Below, in pieces: positions 48,925 to 60,590 of a stretch of DNA of 64,000 bases (position 1 is the first letter of the stretch; each line of letters starts with the position of its first letter). The notes below the pieces were generated by a model that was given only the letters and a program-made list of their open reading frames with translations, was not told where the DNA came from and searched no databases. The stretch is from Octopus sinensis (Eukaryota). The stretch lies in contig NC_043005.1 of assembly GCF_006345805.1 (NCBI RefSeq), forward strand, positions 34,658,001 through 34,722,000, given 5' to 3'. The position numbers were made by a program, and so were the translations under genes.

Positions 48925-49836
48925 TTGGATCATCCCATAAATAATGCAGTTTTTTTATACTTTTATTTTTCAAAATTAAGATAAAGTTCTTTTTAATCTA
49001 AAATATACTCTCCATTTTCTACAATGCTCTTGCATCTATCTGGTAGACTTGCAAGGCTCCTCTTTCAAGACTCACTTGTCCGTGATGAAAAATACTCCTC
49101 CAGTACTGTTCTGACCTCATCTACAAAATTCATATCTATTCCATCCAAATGATTTCAAAGACTGCAGAATAAATGATAATCAGATGGGGCAATGTCCAGT
49201 GAATATGGCGGGTGGGGTACCGTTTCCCATTTAAACTGTTCAAGCCTTTGGAATGTCATCCATGTTGTATGTGGCTGAGTATTATCCTGATGGAAGAATG
49301 CGTTTTGTCTTGAAACCAAAGATAGTCGTTTTTCTTCTAGCACTGGCTTGAATAACTGGTTGAATGACCAAATCCAGGCTTCTCTGCTAGTTCCACAACA
49401 GTTATGATGGGATTTTGTTCCACCAGGGTTTACAGGATGTCCTCGTCAAGCTCAACAGATCTTCCAGGACAAGGCTTGTCTTCTAGGCTGTAGTTTCCGG
49501 TTCGGAATTTCTGGAACCACAGTTGACACTGGCTTACACTTCTTGTCTGATCTCCATACACTGCATTAATATTCCTTGCACTTTTCATCGTGTTGTTGCT
49601 TTTATTGAACTCATAAAGCAAAATATGCCAAATATACTCCTTTGTCACTTCCATTATAGCATTGAAAAAATATGTTAAAATCGAACTGTACTCATCAAAA
49701 CTTGCACTAAAAATAAGTACAAGGTAAAATTACTATCTGCTTTTATAGCAAGTTAATGCAGGTAGTTTATCCCATCCCCCTCTGATTTTTAGTTCATGAA
49801 ATTGAAAAAAATTGCATTATTTATGGGATGACCCAA
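48925..49836 (-). mobile_element. Internally deleted mariner (DD34D) with both TIRs and TA TSD
   Basis: TIR ttgg(a/g)tcatcccataaataatgca; HTH ORF 49430-49654 (WFQKFRTG); HQDN..PH and HPPYSLDIAPSDYHLF at 49155-49343. Confidence 0.93.
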
Positions 49837-50109
49837 TATTTTGTACACCTTTTCTAACATTAGCTAAATAATTCTCATCAAAAGAATTTAAGTACCAAGT
49901 GTAATGAACTGGCAGAGTCCTTGAAGGAAAAATTTCAAAATATTTGATGAGCTATTCAGATGGCTAGCTAGAGACTGCAGGTTACTGAGGTGATATAATT
50001 CATAGTGGAAGTAATTAGAGTGATAATAGGACAGTTTAAGTATGGAAATGGTAGAAGAAATTGAAGAATCTTACAATAATTCTGCTTGTCACAGAACTTA
50101 TGGGATGAC

Positions 50110-50160
<51 letters not shown>

Positions 50161-51127
50161 ATATATATATACACACACACACACACTAACTACAAAAATT
50201 TGCTGATAGTGCATCAGTATCCTACATTAGAACGTTGCACACATGATACAGTGCTCCTACTACTAGCATACGTTCATTTTTCAAATCATATTCTCAGTCT
50301 GTTAGTCAAACTTTTCATCACCAACTTTAAACTATTGAGTCGCTCATAAGTTTTGTCCTCAGCCCCCCTCTCTCTTTCTCTCTCTCTCTCTCTCTGATCA
50401 TTGAACCATTGCTTTAATGGTTAGTACTCACTACCTGTATACCACATTTAAATTAACTACCTACCTTCATCTCACTGACCCTAATATGACTCATACTACA
50501 GATACTCACCACTGCCACCCCACACAAAATATTTTATCCAGCCCATCTGTTCCTCACAAGAACTCTGTCTACTCAACAATTATTTCACTTATCCATGCAT
50601 TTTCTCTTCAATAAAGAATTTCAAAAGTTAATTCTGAAATACTCTCACCTTAAACAGCTCCCATCCTCCAAACTAAGAACACATGGAATGGTTATGGGCA
50701 CCGTTGCACCTCTTGACTAGTGTGTGCATGTGTGTGTGTGTAACATCCTCTTTAAGTACTGCTGCAGATGTCTAAGAAGTATTAGTAATACCACAGATTA
50801 CATTCTAAAAGTTATTCTGTTTGATATAATTAGTGATGACTGTGCTAACCCTGAACTGTTTATCAAGAACTACTTCCTTCTTGCTTTGAGAAGTTTCTTC
50901 CAATTAAATTAAATTTTCATTTCTTGTTTTAGTCAGACTATAACAGTATAGTAAGTACATAGTATAGTAATTGTTTAGGTACAGATTGTAACAGTATAGT
51001 ATATAATATAGTAAGTATATAGATTAGTAATTATATAACAATATAATACATAGCATAGTATAACAATATAGTACATAGCATAGTAACTGCACAGATACAG
51101 GGTGTAATACAATAGTATAACATATAG

Positions 51128-51358
51128 AATCGTTAGCTGGCAGAATCGTTAGCACGCCGGACGAAATGCTTAGCAGTATTTCGTCTGCCGCTACGTTATG
51201 AGTTCAAATTCCGCCGAGGTCGACTTTGCCTTTCATCCTTTCGGGGTCAATAAATTAAGTACCAGTTACGCACTGGGGTCGATGTAATCGACTTAATATC
51301 TATGTCTGTCCTTGTTCGTCCCGTCTATGTTTAGCCCCTTGTGGGCAATAAAGAAATA
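51128..51358 (+). mobile_element. Young SINE family A variant with 14-bp TSD and Tx1-like tail
   Basis: TSD agtataacatatag (51114-51127, 51359-51372); B box gagttcaaattcc; many intact CpGs. Confidence 0.93.
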
Positions 51359-51514
51359 AGTATAACATATAGTAATAGTATAGATAGTCACTATACCAGT
51401 ATAGCACATAATGTAGTAACTGCATAGACTATAACAGAATAAAATGAAATATAGCAACAAAATAATAACAGTGTAGACACATCAAACAACAGTATAGCAC
51501 ATAGTGAGACATGT

Positions 51515-51650
51515 AGCTTAATGGTTATGGTGTAACACTTAAGATCAAAAGAATATGGTTTCAATTCCTGGACTAGGCAATGCATAGTGTTCTTGAGCAA
51601 AACACTTCATTTCCTGTTGCTCTAGTTCACTCAGCTGGCAGAAATGAGTG
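51515..51650 (+). mobile_element. SINE family E (degenerate)
   Basis: gtagcttaatggtta A box, ggtttcaattcc, ttcttgagcaa..cacttcattt. Confidence 0.65.
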
Positions 51651-52036
51651 ACAGACGAGGGTGAATATATATGCTATTGAATATGAGAGACTGGGTTTAT
51701 GAGCCTATGGCTCAGGAAGGCCCTTTGATTCTCTTTCTTTTTGTTATAGCAACAACATAGATAAAGATTGTAACAAAGTAGAATAACATATAGCAATAAT
51801 ATAGCAGTATAGGTACATATTACAGTAGAGATACAGACTATAACAATAAACTCAATTGAGAAATGCTTTGATAAAATACTTTGGATATATTTGACTCTTT
51901 GGTCATTTGAAATTCAAATAAGACCCCAGCAAATATGCTTCTCTCTCTCTCTCTCTCTCTCTTTCATTTTCATTTAAAAAAATTTTTCTTGATTTTTATT
52001 TTGCCATTTGCCATGGCAGTGTCATTCTGTAAAGAG

Positions 52037-52077
<41 letters not shown>

Positions 52078-52679
52078 GAGAATGTCAGAGCAACTAGACA
52101 GCAAGATGTACACCAAAAGCAGACATTCCTTAAATTTGCTGGGAGATGTTTTGGGGAATGTTCGATGCAAAAAAAAAAAAAAAGAAGAAGAAGAAAAGAA
52201 GAAACCCTAACAGAAGCTGTAGACCATAGAAACAGTATTTATTTCCTTTCGAAAGACAGCAATAGGATTAACAACTGGTAGAAAAATAAATAAGGTAGAA
52301 AAATGCAGAGGAGAAACAAATAGGAGAAGCAAGGGTGGTGGTAATGGAGATAGTAGTGGAGGAGGCGGACTCAGTGAAATCAAATTATACCATTCTTTCT
52401 GAAAATTCTGAGAGGGATAGGTGATGGTAGTGGTGGAGATAGTATACTTCTATTTAAAGCAGTTCACTAGCAATAAAGATGAGGTAGTATGTATGTACCA
52501 GGATTGGGGTATACCACCTCCTCTTCCTCCTCCCCCTCTGCTCATGCAACTTCCACTGTCTCTTCCCCCAATTCCATCAATGAAATTTAAATCCTGTTTT
52601 CCTCAAATAATCCCAGCCCTTTTATGCCATGGTCCTGGGTTTTCAAATAGGAAGGGTTTTGTTAAGGCGCAGCATCATG

Positions 52680-52910
52680 TTTTTTCATCACCATCATTTT
52701 AGCATCCACTTTCCCATGATCAGACAAGAGTTTACGGAGGCAGATTTTCTATGCCCAGATGCCCTTCCTGCATCCAGCCGTCACCTGTTTCCAAACATGT
52801 TAATATTTCTCCATATGCAGATATGTTTTTGCAGGCTACTGGAAATGAATGACACTGCCTTTATAACAGTGACACTCATGTAACTATCACATGATGTCAA
52901 AACAAGGACA
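52680..52910 (-). mobile_element. Family B variant
   Basis: cagatgcccttcctgcatccagcc core. Confidence 0.65.
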
Positions 52911-52913
52911 CAC

Positions 52914-52968
<55 letters not shown>

Positions 52969-53233
52969 TATATATAATAGATCAGGAAGGGTCATGGAAT
53001 CATGAAGGTGCACATACTGTTGGCTTTTGAATGTTTTTGAGTGTTGTGATTCTTGAATTCACCATATGAAAATGTTTTTTCTAAAAAAGGTAATGTCTCC
53101 ATTAATCAATCAAAAATAATTCAAAGGAAACAGCTATAGTGGATTGACACATCATCCATCTGTTGTTATTTGTGTGTGTGTATGTGTGTGTGTGCTTGTA
53201 TGTATGTGTGTGCATATATATATATATATATAT

Positions 53234-53562
53234 CGCATGACTCAGTGGTTAGAGCGTCGAGCTTACGATCGTGAGGTTGTGAGCTCGAATCCCAGACCGG
53301 GCTGCGTATTGTGTTCTTGAGCAAGGCACTTTATTTCACGTTGCTCCAGTTCACTCCGCTGTAGAAATGAGTTGCGACGTCACAGGTGCCAAGCTGTATC
53401 GGCCCCTTTGCCTTTCCCTTGGATAACATCGGTGACGTGGAGAGGGGAGGCCGGTATGCATGGGCGACTGCTGGTCTTCCATAAACAACCTTGCCCAGAC
53501 TTGTGCCTCAGAGGGTTACTCTCTAGGTGCAAACCCATGGTCACTCATGACCGAAGGGGGTC
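53234..53562 (+). mobile_element. tRNA-derived SINE family D, near intact (3' stub also at 32356-32400, minus)
   Basis: A box tgactcagtgg, B box gagctcgaatccc, ends catgaccgaagggggtc. Confidence 0.9.
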
Positions 53563-53697
53563 AGAAAAAAAAAAATATATATATATATATATATAAATAT
53601 ATAATATATATATAAAAGAAAATTAAGAAAATAGAGCTATAGCATTTAATAAAAATTTATCTGCAAAAATCCAACATTATGTATAAATATATATATA

Positions 53698-54289
53698 TGG
53701 TTGATGCAAAGGTGATGGCTGATTTTAAGGTCTCAATTAAAACTAAAAAAGCCCATGATTAAGACAATATTTATCCGTTAACATAATTTCCATTGCTTTC
53801 TAGAACTTAATTCCATCTATCAACAAGCTTATAAATGCCACACTTGGAAAATCATTTGGGTTTTGATGTGAAATATGAATCCAACTCACTTTCAAACTCT
53901 TCTCTTGATGTCAACCTAAGACTATTCAAATGGTTCTGTAGTCTCCAAAACAAGTGATAATCAGAAGGATTATCAGAAGATCTGGAGAATATAGAGGATG
54001 AAGCAACATTTCCCAACCAAACTCTTTCAAAAGATCTTTAGTCAATCAAGCTGTGTGAGGACGAACATCATAGTGGAAGATGACAGGATCGCTTTCTGTT
54101 CAAAGCAGCTTTCAAACAATGAAGTTGATCACAGTAGAGATTAGCAGTACTTGTTTGATTGTTGTCTAACAGTTCATAATGGACAATTCCTTCAATATCC
54201 CACCATACACTCAACATGACCTTCTTTGGATGAAGTTCTCCACTTGGTTGTTGAACAAGTCTTCCTCCCTGAATGATCCACGATCGGCA
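53698..54289 (-). mobile_element. mariner 3' half with one TIR
   Basis: LHPKKVMLSVWWDIEGIVHYELL, YCDQL, HPLYSPD, PSDYHLF; TIR tggttgatgcaaaggtgatggc. Confidence 0.85.
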
Positions 54290-54682
54290 GCATTTGATGT
54301 AGGCCTTTGTGTTCAGTCTGATACGGTGTGGGAAGATGAATGGAGGCATAATGTTGCCATCACTAGTGATCACTCCAAACACCATCATGTTGACTGGATG
54401 TTTGATTTTTGTCACTCTCGGTACATGTCCTCAAACTGCACTGTTCTCAGATTGGCACCCAAACACTCTGAAATGCTTGCATTGGAGCTTCCAGCATGAA
54501 TGCGAAACAGTACAGCATGTCGTTTCCAAATTTATGGCAGAGTGAATTGTGTTATGGTGCTGTTTTTCTCACAGATGGTGCCCAACTGACCCTACCATAC
54601 TGTGTAGTCAACAAAACCAAAAACAACAATGTGCATGCCCAAAATTGAAAATATAAAATGGCAACAATATATCCAACACACC

Positions 54683-54683
<1 letters not shown>
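54290..54683 (-). mobile_element. maT/Tc1-like 5' part, internally deleted
   Basis: RHAVLFRIHAGSSNASISECLGANLRTVQ and KHPVNMMVFGVITSDGNIMPPFIF. Confidence 0.75.
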
Positions 54684-54734
<51 letters not shown>

Positions 54735-54740
<6 letters not shown>

Positions 54741-54900
54741 GTGTCTTTCCATTTCTGTCTACCAAAAGCCACTGTACAAGGCTCTGATCTGCCAGGGACT
54801 ATAGTAGGAGACACTTGTCCAAGGAGCTACATAGTAGGACTAAACTTAAAACCATGTGGTTGGGAGGTGTACTTCTAAACCACACAGCCATGCCTGCCCC
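54735..54900 (-). mobile_element. SINE family C 5' half
   Basis: gacacttgtccaagg...accatgtggttggga...accacacagccatgcctg. Confidence 0.75.
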
Positions 54901-54993
54901 TATCTGTAGAATTAATGAGAAATAACAGAGAAATTTTTCTGAAGAAGATTCATTTATACATACATACATACATACATACATACATACATACAT

Positions 54994-55066
<73 letters not shown>

Positions 55067-56777
55067 TGTATATATATACACAGTCACACACCACATTCTT
55101 ATATTCTTTCAAATCTTCTTGAACAGCACACAAATTTATTCTGAGATCAGTGACACTCCCAAATAGTTTTAGGTATCATTCACCTTGTCTTTTACCTTGT
55201 TGTTGCTATTACTATTGTTTTAAACTATTTATGTAGTGAGTCAGAACTGAACTAATGTATGGAAATCTCTTGTAGATACCCTCAGCTCACAACATTTTTC
55301 TTTCTGCTTTTTTTTTGTCTTGAATTGATTTGGCTTCAAGAAGCAATAATTACATGGTAGAATTTTCACAAGACATATACATGAAAGTCTAGTTCAGAGA
55401 TAGATGGAATTGATTTCGTTACAAACTATTGCTTTGTTGTTCTCATTTCTTTCTGTACGCCTTCATTCCCCTCCTTTTTTTTTTTATTTTCTAGACATTT
55501 TTTGAACATCAAAAACATCTTCAAAATTTTACCTTATATTCTCCTCTTTCTCCTTCTCCTTTACTTATTTCATTCCAAAACTCGTTAGAGTAAAAGAACC
55601 AAACATCTCTCACCCACCAAAACAACAACTAGCACTCCATGTTCCACCCCACACAAGTTTGTTTCAAATTAATCTCAAACAACTGATATAACAAACAACA
55701 ACTATCCCCACAAAAATCAATATTTATGGGCCTTAAATAATATATAAGATAAAAAAAAAATGGAAAATTCTAAGTTCTTGAAATTCTTTAACCTAACAAA
55801 TGGTCTTCATTAAGAAAGTTCTAGTTCTTTTGCTCTGTGGCAGAAAAGAAAGAAAGTAAAAAATATGAAAATAAGATAAAAGCATTATGACAAAGAAGTT
55901 TAGGGTACAACAGCAGTTGCAGTCTAGGATAGTGAAGAAAAGGAATTTATATTTGGTACATCATAAACTATAGACAATTCCTACCATATGGGCCACAACA
56001 TATACCAATGTTTTTTTAAATTCACATTCTCATTATGAATGTGTATGTGTGTGTGTGTGCACGCGTATGCATGTATATATGTATGTACACATGTGCATGT
56101 GTGTGTGACTATTGTGTAATTTCAACCCCATTACTGGGTCTTAGCATCATTAAGTTCCAGTAATTCAGGTCAGGAATAAAGAGAATCAATGGTAGATATA
56201 CAGAAAGCCATGACAGGCATCACAATCTCCTGTCTCCTTCTGTGTCTCCAACAAATATTTCAGATACCATTTTAAAAATAGGTTTTCAGTCAACTAATGG
56301 AATGTGATGACAACAACAACAACAACAACAATATGATGGTATCTTGAAGAGGAGTTGTTTCTTTGCTCACTCTCCTTAAATAATTTGTTAATTTAACTAA
56401 TTTATAGAAATAAATGTCCACCATTGCATAGAGAATTCATTGGCAGATATTTTGCTTTGTTTTGTTGTTTTTTCTCCACATTCCTTTCATCTTGAAAAAT
56501 ATATTAAATTCTTAGATTCCATTCAATTTGATCCTTCTACCTTCTGATTTTAAATCCTTCATTTTCTTTTAAATCTTTTCTTGTTAATTGTTGAGGTAAC
56601 AACAACCATCGCTGCTGCTGCTACCACCATCACCACTGCCACTGCAACTGCCATTACCAGTGCCACCACCACCAGTACCATCAACATCATTATGTGGAAT
56701 AGCAGAATTGTTAGAGTACCAGAGAAAATGCCTAGCAGTATTGGTTCCAACTCTTTACATTCTGAGATAACAACATA

Positions 56778-57988
56778 CAAGGTGCATTCAGAAAGTACCT
56801 GACTTTATTTTTACCCACCAAAGCTAATGCTGCAGAGGCAAAATCCTTTGGCAGGGAGGTGAGGTGATGTCACTGTTTCTGTGCATGTATGAAAATTTTC
56901 ATGCTGGTAGGCCATGTCAGTTCCTGACTGTTATGCCTAATGTACAGACATGTAGTGCTTACTCATTGGATTTTCATTTTCACGCGAGATGACCGAATGC
57001 ATTGAGCAGATATATTGCATCAAGTTTTGTCAAAAGCTTGGTGATACTCAAGTTCAAACTATCCAGAAGATTCAGCAGGCATTTGACATTGATGCCATGT
57101 GCAAAACTCAGATCAAGGAGTGCTACAATTGGTTCAAACATGGCCACACCTCAGTGGAGATTAGTACACACTCAAGTGGGTTATTCACAAGCTGAAACAA
57201 GGAGTTGATTGAGAAGGTTCAGTGAAGTCATGAAAGACCATCATGTGACAATCCAGAAAACTGTTCACAGGAATAGTGTATCCCATTTTAATGGAAGATT
57301 TGTGCAAATGGAGAGTGTAGGCAAAATTCGTCTCCAAGGTGCTGGAGAAGCAGCAGAAGAATCTCCACATGGAGATCACTCAGGACATGCTGGACTGTGC
57401 AAACCGCAACCTAGACTTCACGAAGACCATCATCACTGCTGATGAAACATGGGTTTATGGTTACAATCCAGAAACCAAGTTCGAGTCCTCCCAATGGAAG
57501 CATCCATTATCACCAAGGATTAAAAGAGCATGACAGGTTTGCAGCAATATGAAGGTAATGTTGACTTGTTTTTTTCACCTGTGGTATTGTGCATCATGAG
57601 CATGCACCACAAGGCCAAACAGTCAATAAGGAATACTACCTGGAAGTTACACATCATCTTCATGATACTTGCATGGAAAGCAGCCTGACATGGGTGGCAA
57701 AGAATTGATAACTTCATCATGACAATGCCCCTGCTCATTCTGCTCACATAATCCAAGCATTCCTGGTCAAGAACAACATAAATTGAGTTGCAAAAGGAAA
57801 CTATAAGGAAAGCAACAGCAGAGCTCCAGATCATTCCAGAGGTATTACCAACAGTGGCAGAACTGTAGGGTGATGTGTGTAAACTCTCAAGGGGAATATT
57901 TTGCAAGTGATTAAATAAAGTTTGTGAAATGTATAAAATTGTCGTTTTTTTTATGCCCAAAAGTCGGATACTTTTTTAAAGTACTTCA
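56778..57988 (+). mobile_element. Degenerate near-full-length mariner
   Basis: EQIYCIKFCQKLG, IITADETWVYGYNPETK, HHDNAPAHS; degenerate TIRs with flanking TA. Confidence 0.9.
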
Positions 57989-58771
57989 TATTTGATGTTG
58001 TTTACTCCCAAGCTAGTTCTGATCAAGCTGACATATAATCCAACCACGACCACCTCACCTATTTTATTCATGCATACTGTGTCTACAAAGATACATTATC
58101 CAATATTTCCTTTGTTCTTTTATGATGGCAGGGAGGTGTGATTTGAGTGAGAGTTGGTCATTAATTCTAGCATGTCAAACAACTGCAGAAAAACTGATGC
58201 TGGTTCAGCATGAAATGGTTAGCATCATTGTCTTTCATCTGTTTGCTGTAGAATAGTTATGTCATCAAATGATGCTGGAAAATGCTAACTGAAACTTTTA
58301 GCAATGGAATAACTGGGTTTTTGAAGATCATGTTGCCTGTTCAAGACATGAAAGGTTAGGCAGAGAGGGGGAAAGTGACTGTGCATATTGTGCAAGTGTG
58401 TGTGTGTGTGTGTGTGATTGTATATATATATGTGTCTGTGTATGTGTGTGTCATTTTGGAGCCCAATAAGAAAAGAGGAAGGGAAATAAAGGAAAGAATG
58501 TGAAGATGAAACAATAGAACCAGTTTATTGAATGTGGATGAAAGATGATTGATAAGGTGTCAGAGGTAGGAAGAAAAAGAGGCAGAGATAGGGACATATT
58601 GAGAGAGAGAGAAGTAGACAGAGGGAGGGACATACCATGAGGCAGAAATATCAAGCAGAAGAGAACCTAACAATGGGGTAGAGGAGGAAAGAGGAAAGTG
58701 AGAAAAAAAAAAACAGTTGTTGAGAAAAAGATTCACTGAACAATAATTGGTAATGAATTTACACACTTCCA

Positions 58772-58802
<31 letters not shown>

Positions 58803-59665
58803 CATACACACACACACACATATATATTTGAATATTTATGTCATCACAAGAACATATCAGTATCCATGTAAACACACACAATATATTTAAAAGAATTTCT
58901 TTTCTCCACAGACAAGAATAAAACAATAATTCAATAATCAAATAACAAGAGAAATAATAATGATAATGATGATGATGATAATAAAATTATATACTTTTAG
59001 ATTTCACAGTATGTTGCTGTTGCTATTGTTTTTGTTGGTAATGTAGTGCAATATTTTGTGTAAAGAATTCAATCCAATGGGAATGACAAAGATGGCATTT
59101 GGTAAAAGAGCAAAAAATTCTTTATGCATTGAGTTTATTATGTTTGAAATCAGTTTTTTCCTTCGTTTTTTCAGATCAGCTGCACTAGGTGTTGATGTGT
59201 GGTTGTGAACTTCCCTTCAAAATGTTATGGTTTTAGGGTCTATTATACCAAATAGCATCTTGGCTAAGTGTCTTCCATCAAAGCCTTGTTGTTGGGACCA
59301 TTTGCAAAAGTACAGCTCCCAAAATTACTGTAGAGCTTCATGACCACCTCAAGAACCCAGTTTCTACAAACACTGTTCACTGGGAGCTGCACAAAGCCAA
59401 ATTTCCCCTTAGTAATATCACTTTAACCTAAAATACTAATATAATATATAAATTCAACCCCTGTATATGTACTGTGACATCAATATATGAAATAATGGTG
59501 ACATGGATTATGTATATACATTGGCATGTATGGACACCATTTTGTGAGATGATGGTGACTTGGCATATATACACGTACACTGGTATGTATATAGATCTAC
59601 CATGATACTATGTTGTGAGACAACAATGTCTTGGTATATGTTCATACATTAACAAGTATGATATG

Positions 59666-59700
<35 letters not shown>

Positions 59701-59704
<4 letters not shown>

Positions 59705-59918
59705 TAATCCAAACAAGAAAACACAGAAAAAAAACAGCAACGCGAGGACGTGGAACAATTAAAGTATTATTTGACGCTCAGGAAAGAAGGGAAGGAGGGT
59801 TTAACGTTTCGAGCGGAGCTCTTCGTCGGAAACAAAGGAGAAGGAAAGATCCAGAGAAGGGAAGACAGAGGAAAAAAATATTTTTGCTGGTGGTGCTCAA
59901 GAGATCACATGTTGAAAA
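59701..59918 (-). mobile_element. Short hammerhead-bearing element (Penelope terminal-repeat-like) inside (TA)n
   Basis: CpG-rich block bounded by (TA)n on both sides; contains a hammerhead core. Confidence 0.65.
59799..59833 (-). ncRNA. Minimal type-I hammerhead ribozyme (dimer-type)
   Basis: GUUU CCGACGA A GAGC UCC GCUC GAAAC GUU/AAAC: stem I 4 bp, stem II 4 bp, loopless palindromic stem III (ACGU); U4 is C and there is an extra A after A9. Confidence 0.65.
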
Positions 59919-59937
59919 CATATATATATATATATAC

Positions 59938-60101
59938 AGGTGCAGGTGTGGTTGTGTGGTAAGAAGTTTGCTTCCCAACCACATGGTTCTGGGTTCAGTC
60001 CCATTGAATGGCACTTTGGGCAAGTGTCTTCTGCTATAGTCTTGGGTCAACCAAAGCCTTGTGAGTGGATTTGGTAGACGGAAACTGAAAGAAGCCTGTC
60101 T

Positions 60102-60135
<34 letters not shown>
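59938..60135 (+). mobile_element. SINE family C 5' half (3' half displaced to 63394-63628)
   Basis: ggtgcaggtgtggttgtgtggtaagaag...gaaagaagcctgtc then (TA)n. Confidence 0.9.
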
Positions 60136-60137
<2 letters not shown>

Positions 60138-60561
60138 GTATGATGCATGTGTACGTACAGCCATGCTACATGGTAGTGAAACATGGGCCGTGACTGCTGA
60201 GGATATGCGTAAGCTCGCAAGAAATGAAGCCAGTATGCTCCGATGGATGTGTAATGTCAGTGTTCATAATCGTCAGAGTGTAAGTTCCTTGAGAGAAAAG
60301 CTGAACCTAAGAAGCGTCAGTTGTGGCGTGCAAGAGAGACGGCTGCGCTGGTATGGTCATGTGACAAGAAAGGCTGAAGATAGTTGTGTGCAAAAGTGCT
60401 ACACCCTAGCAGTGGAGGGAACCTGTGGAAGAGGTAGACCCAGGAAAACCTGGGACGAGGTGGTGAAGCACGACCTTCGAACTTTAGGTCTCACTAAGGA
60501 AATGTCTAGAGACCGAGACCTATGGAAGTATGCTGTGCATGAGAAGACCCGGCAAGACTAG
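60136..60561 (+). pseudogene. Uninterrupted C-terminal 141 codons of the RTE ORF
   Basis: MLHGSETW, RRLRWYGHV, GRGRPRKTW..VV..DL, DRDLW motifs; no true start. Confidence 0.9.
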
Positions 60562-60590
60562 TCAGGCCATAACCCGTGGCCCCGACCTGG

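Larger units (their letters stand above)
50937..51850. repeat. Degenerate AT-rich minisatellite interrupted by two SINEs
   Basis: Recurring (ga)ctataacagtatag / catagcatagtaac(t) motifs on both sides of the SINEs. Confidence 0.55.

Noticed and set aside
50040-50116. Second mariner end next to the 48925-49836 element
   Set aside because: Only a TIR-like stub (cttatgggatgacctgata) with no partner or coding remnant
53234-53305. tRNA gene (also 51128-51215 and 35345-35408)
   Set aside because: A and B boxes are present, but there is no complete acceptor stem and the sequence continues into SINE bodies
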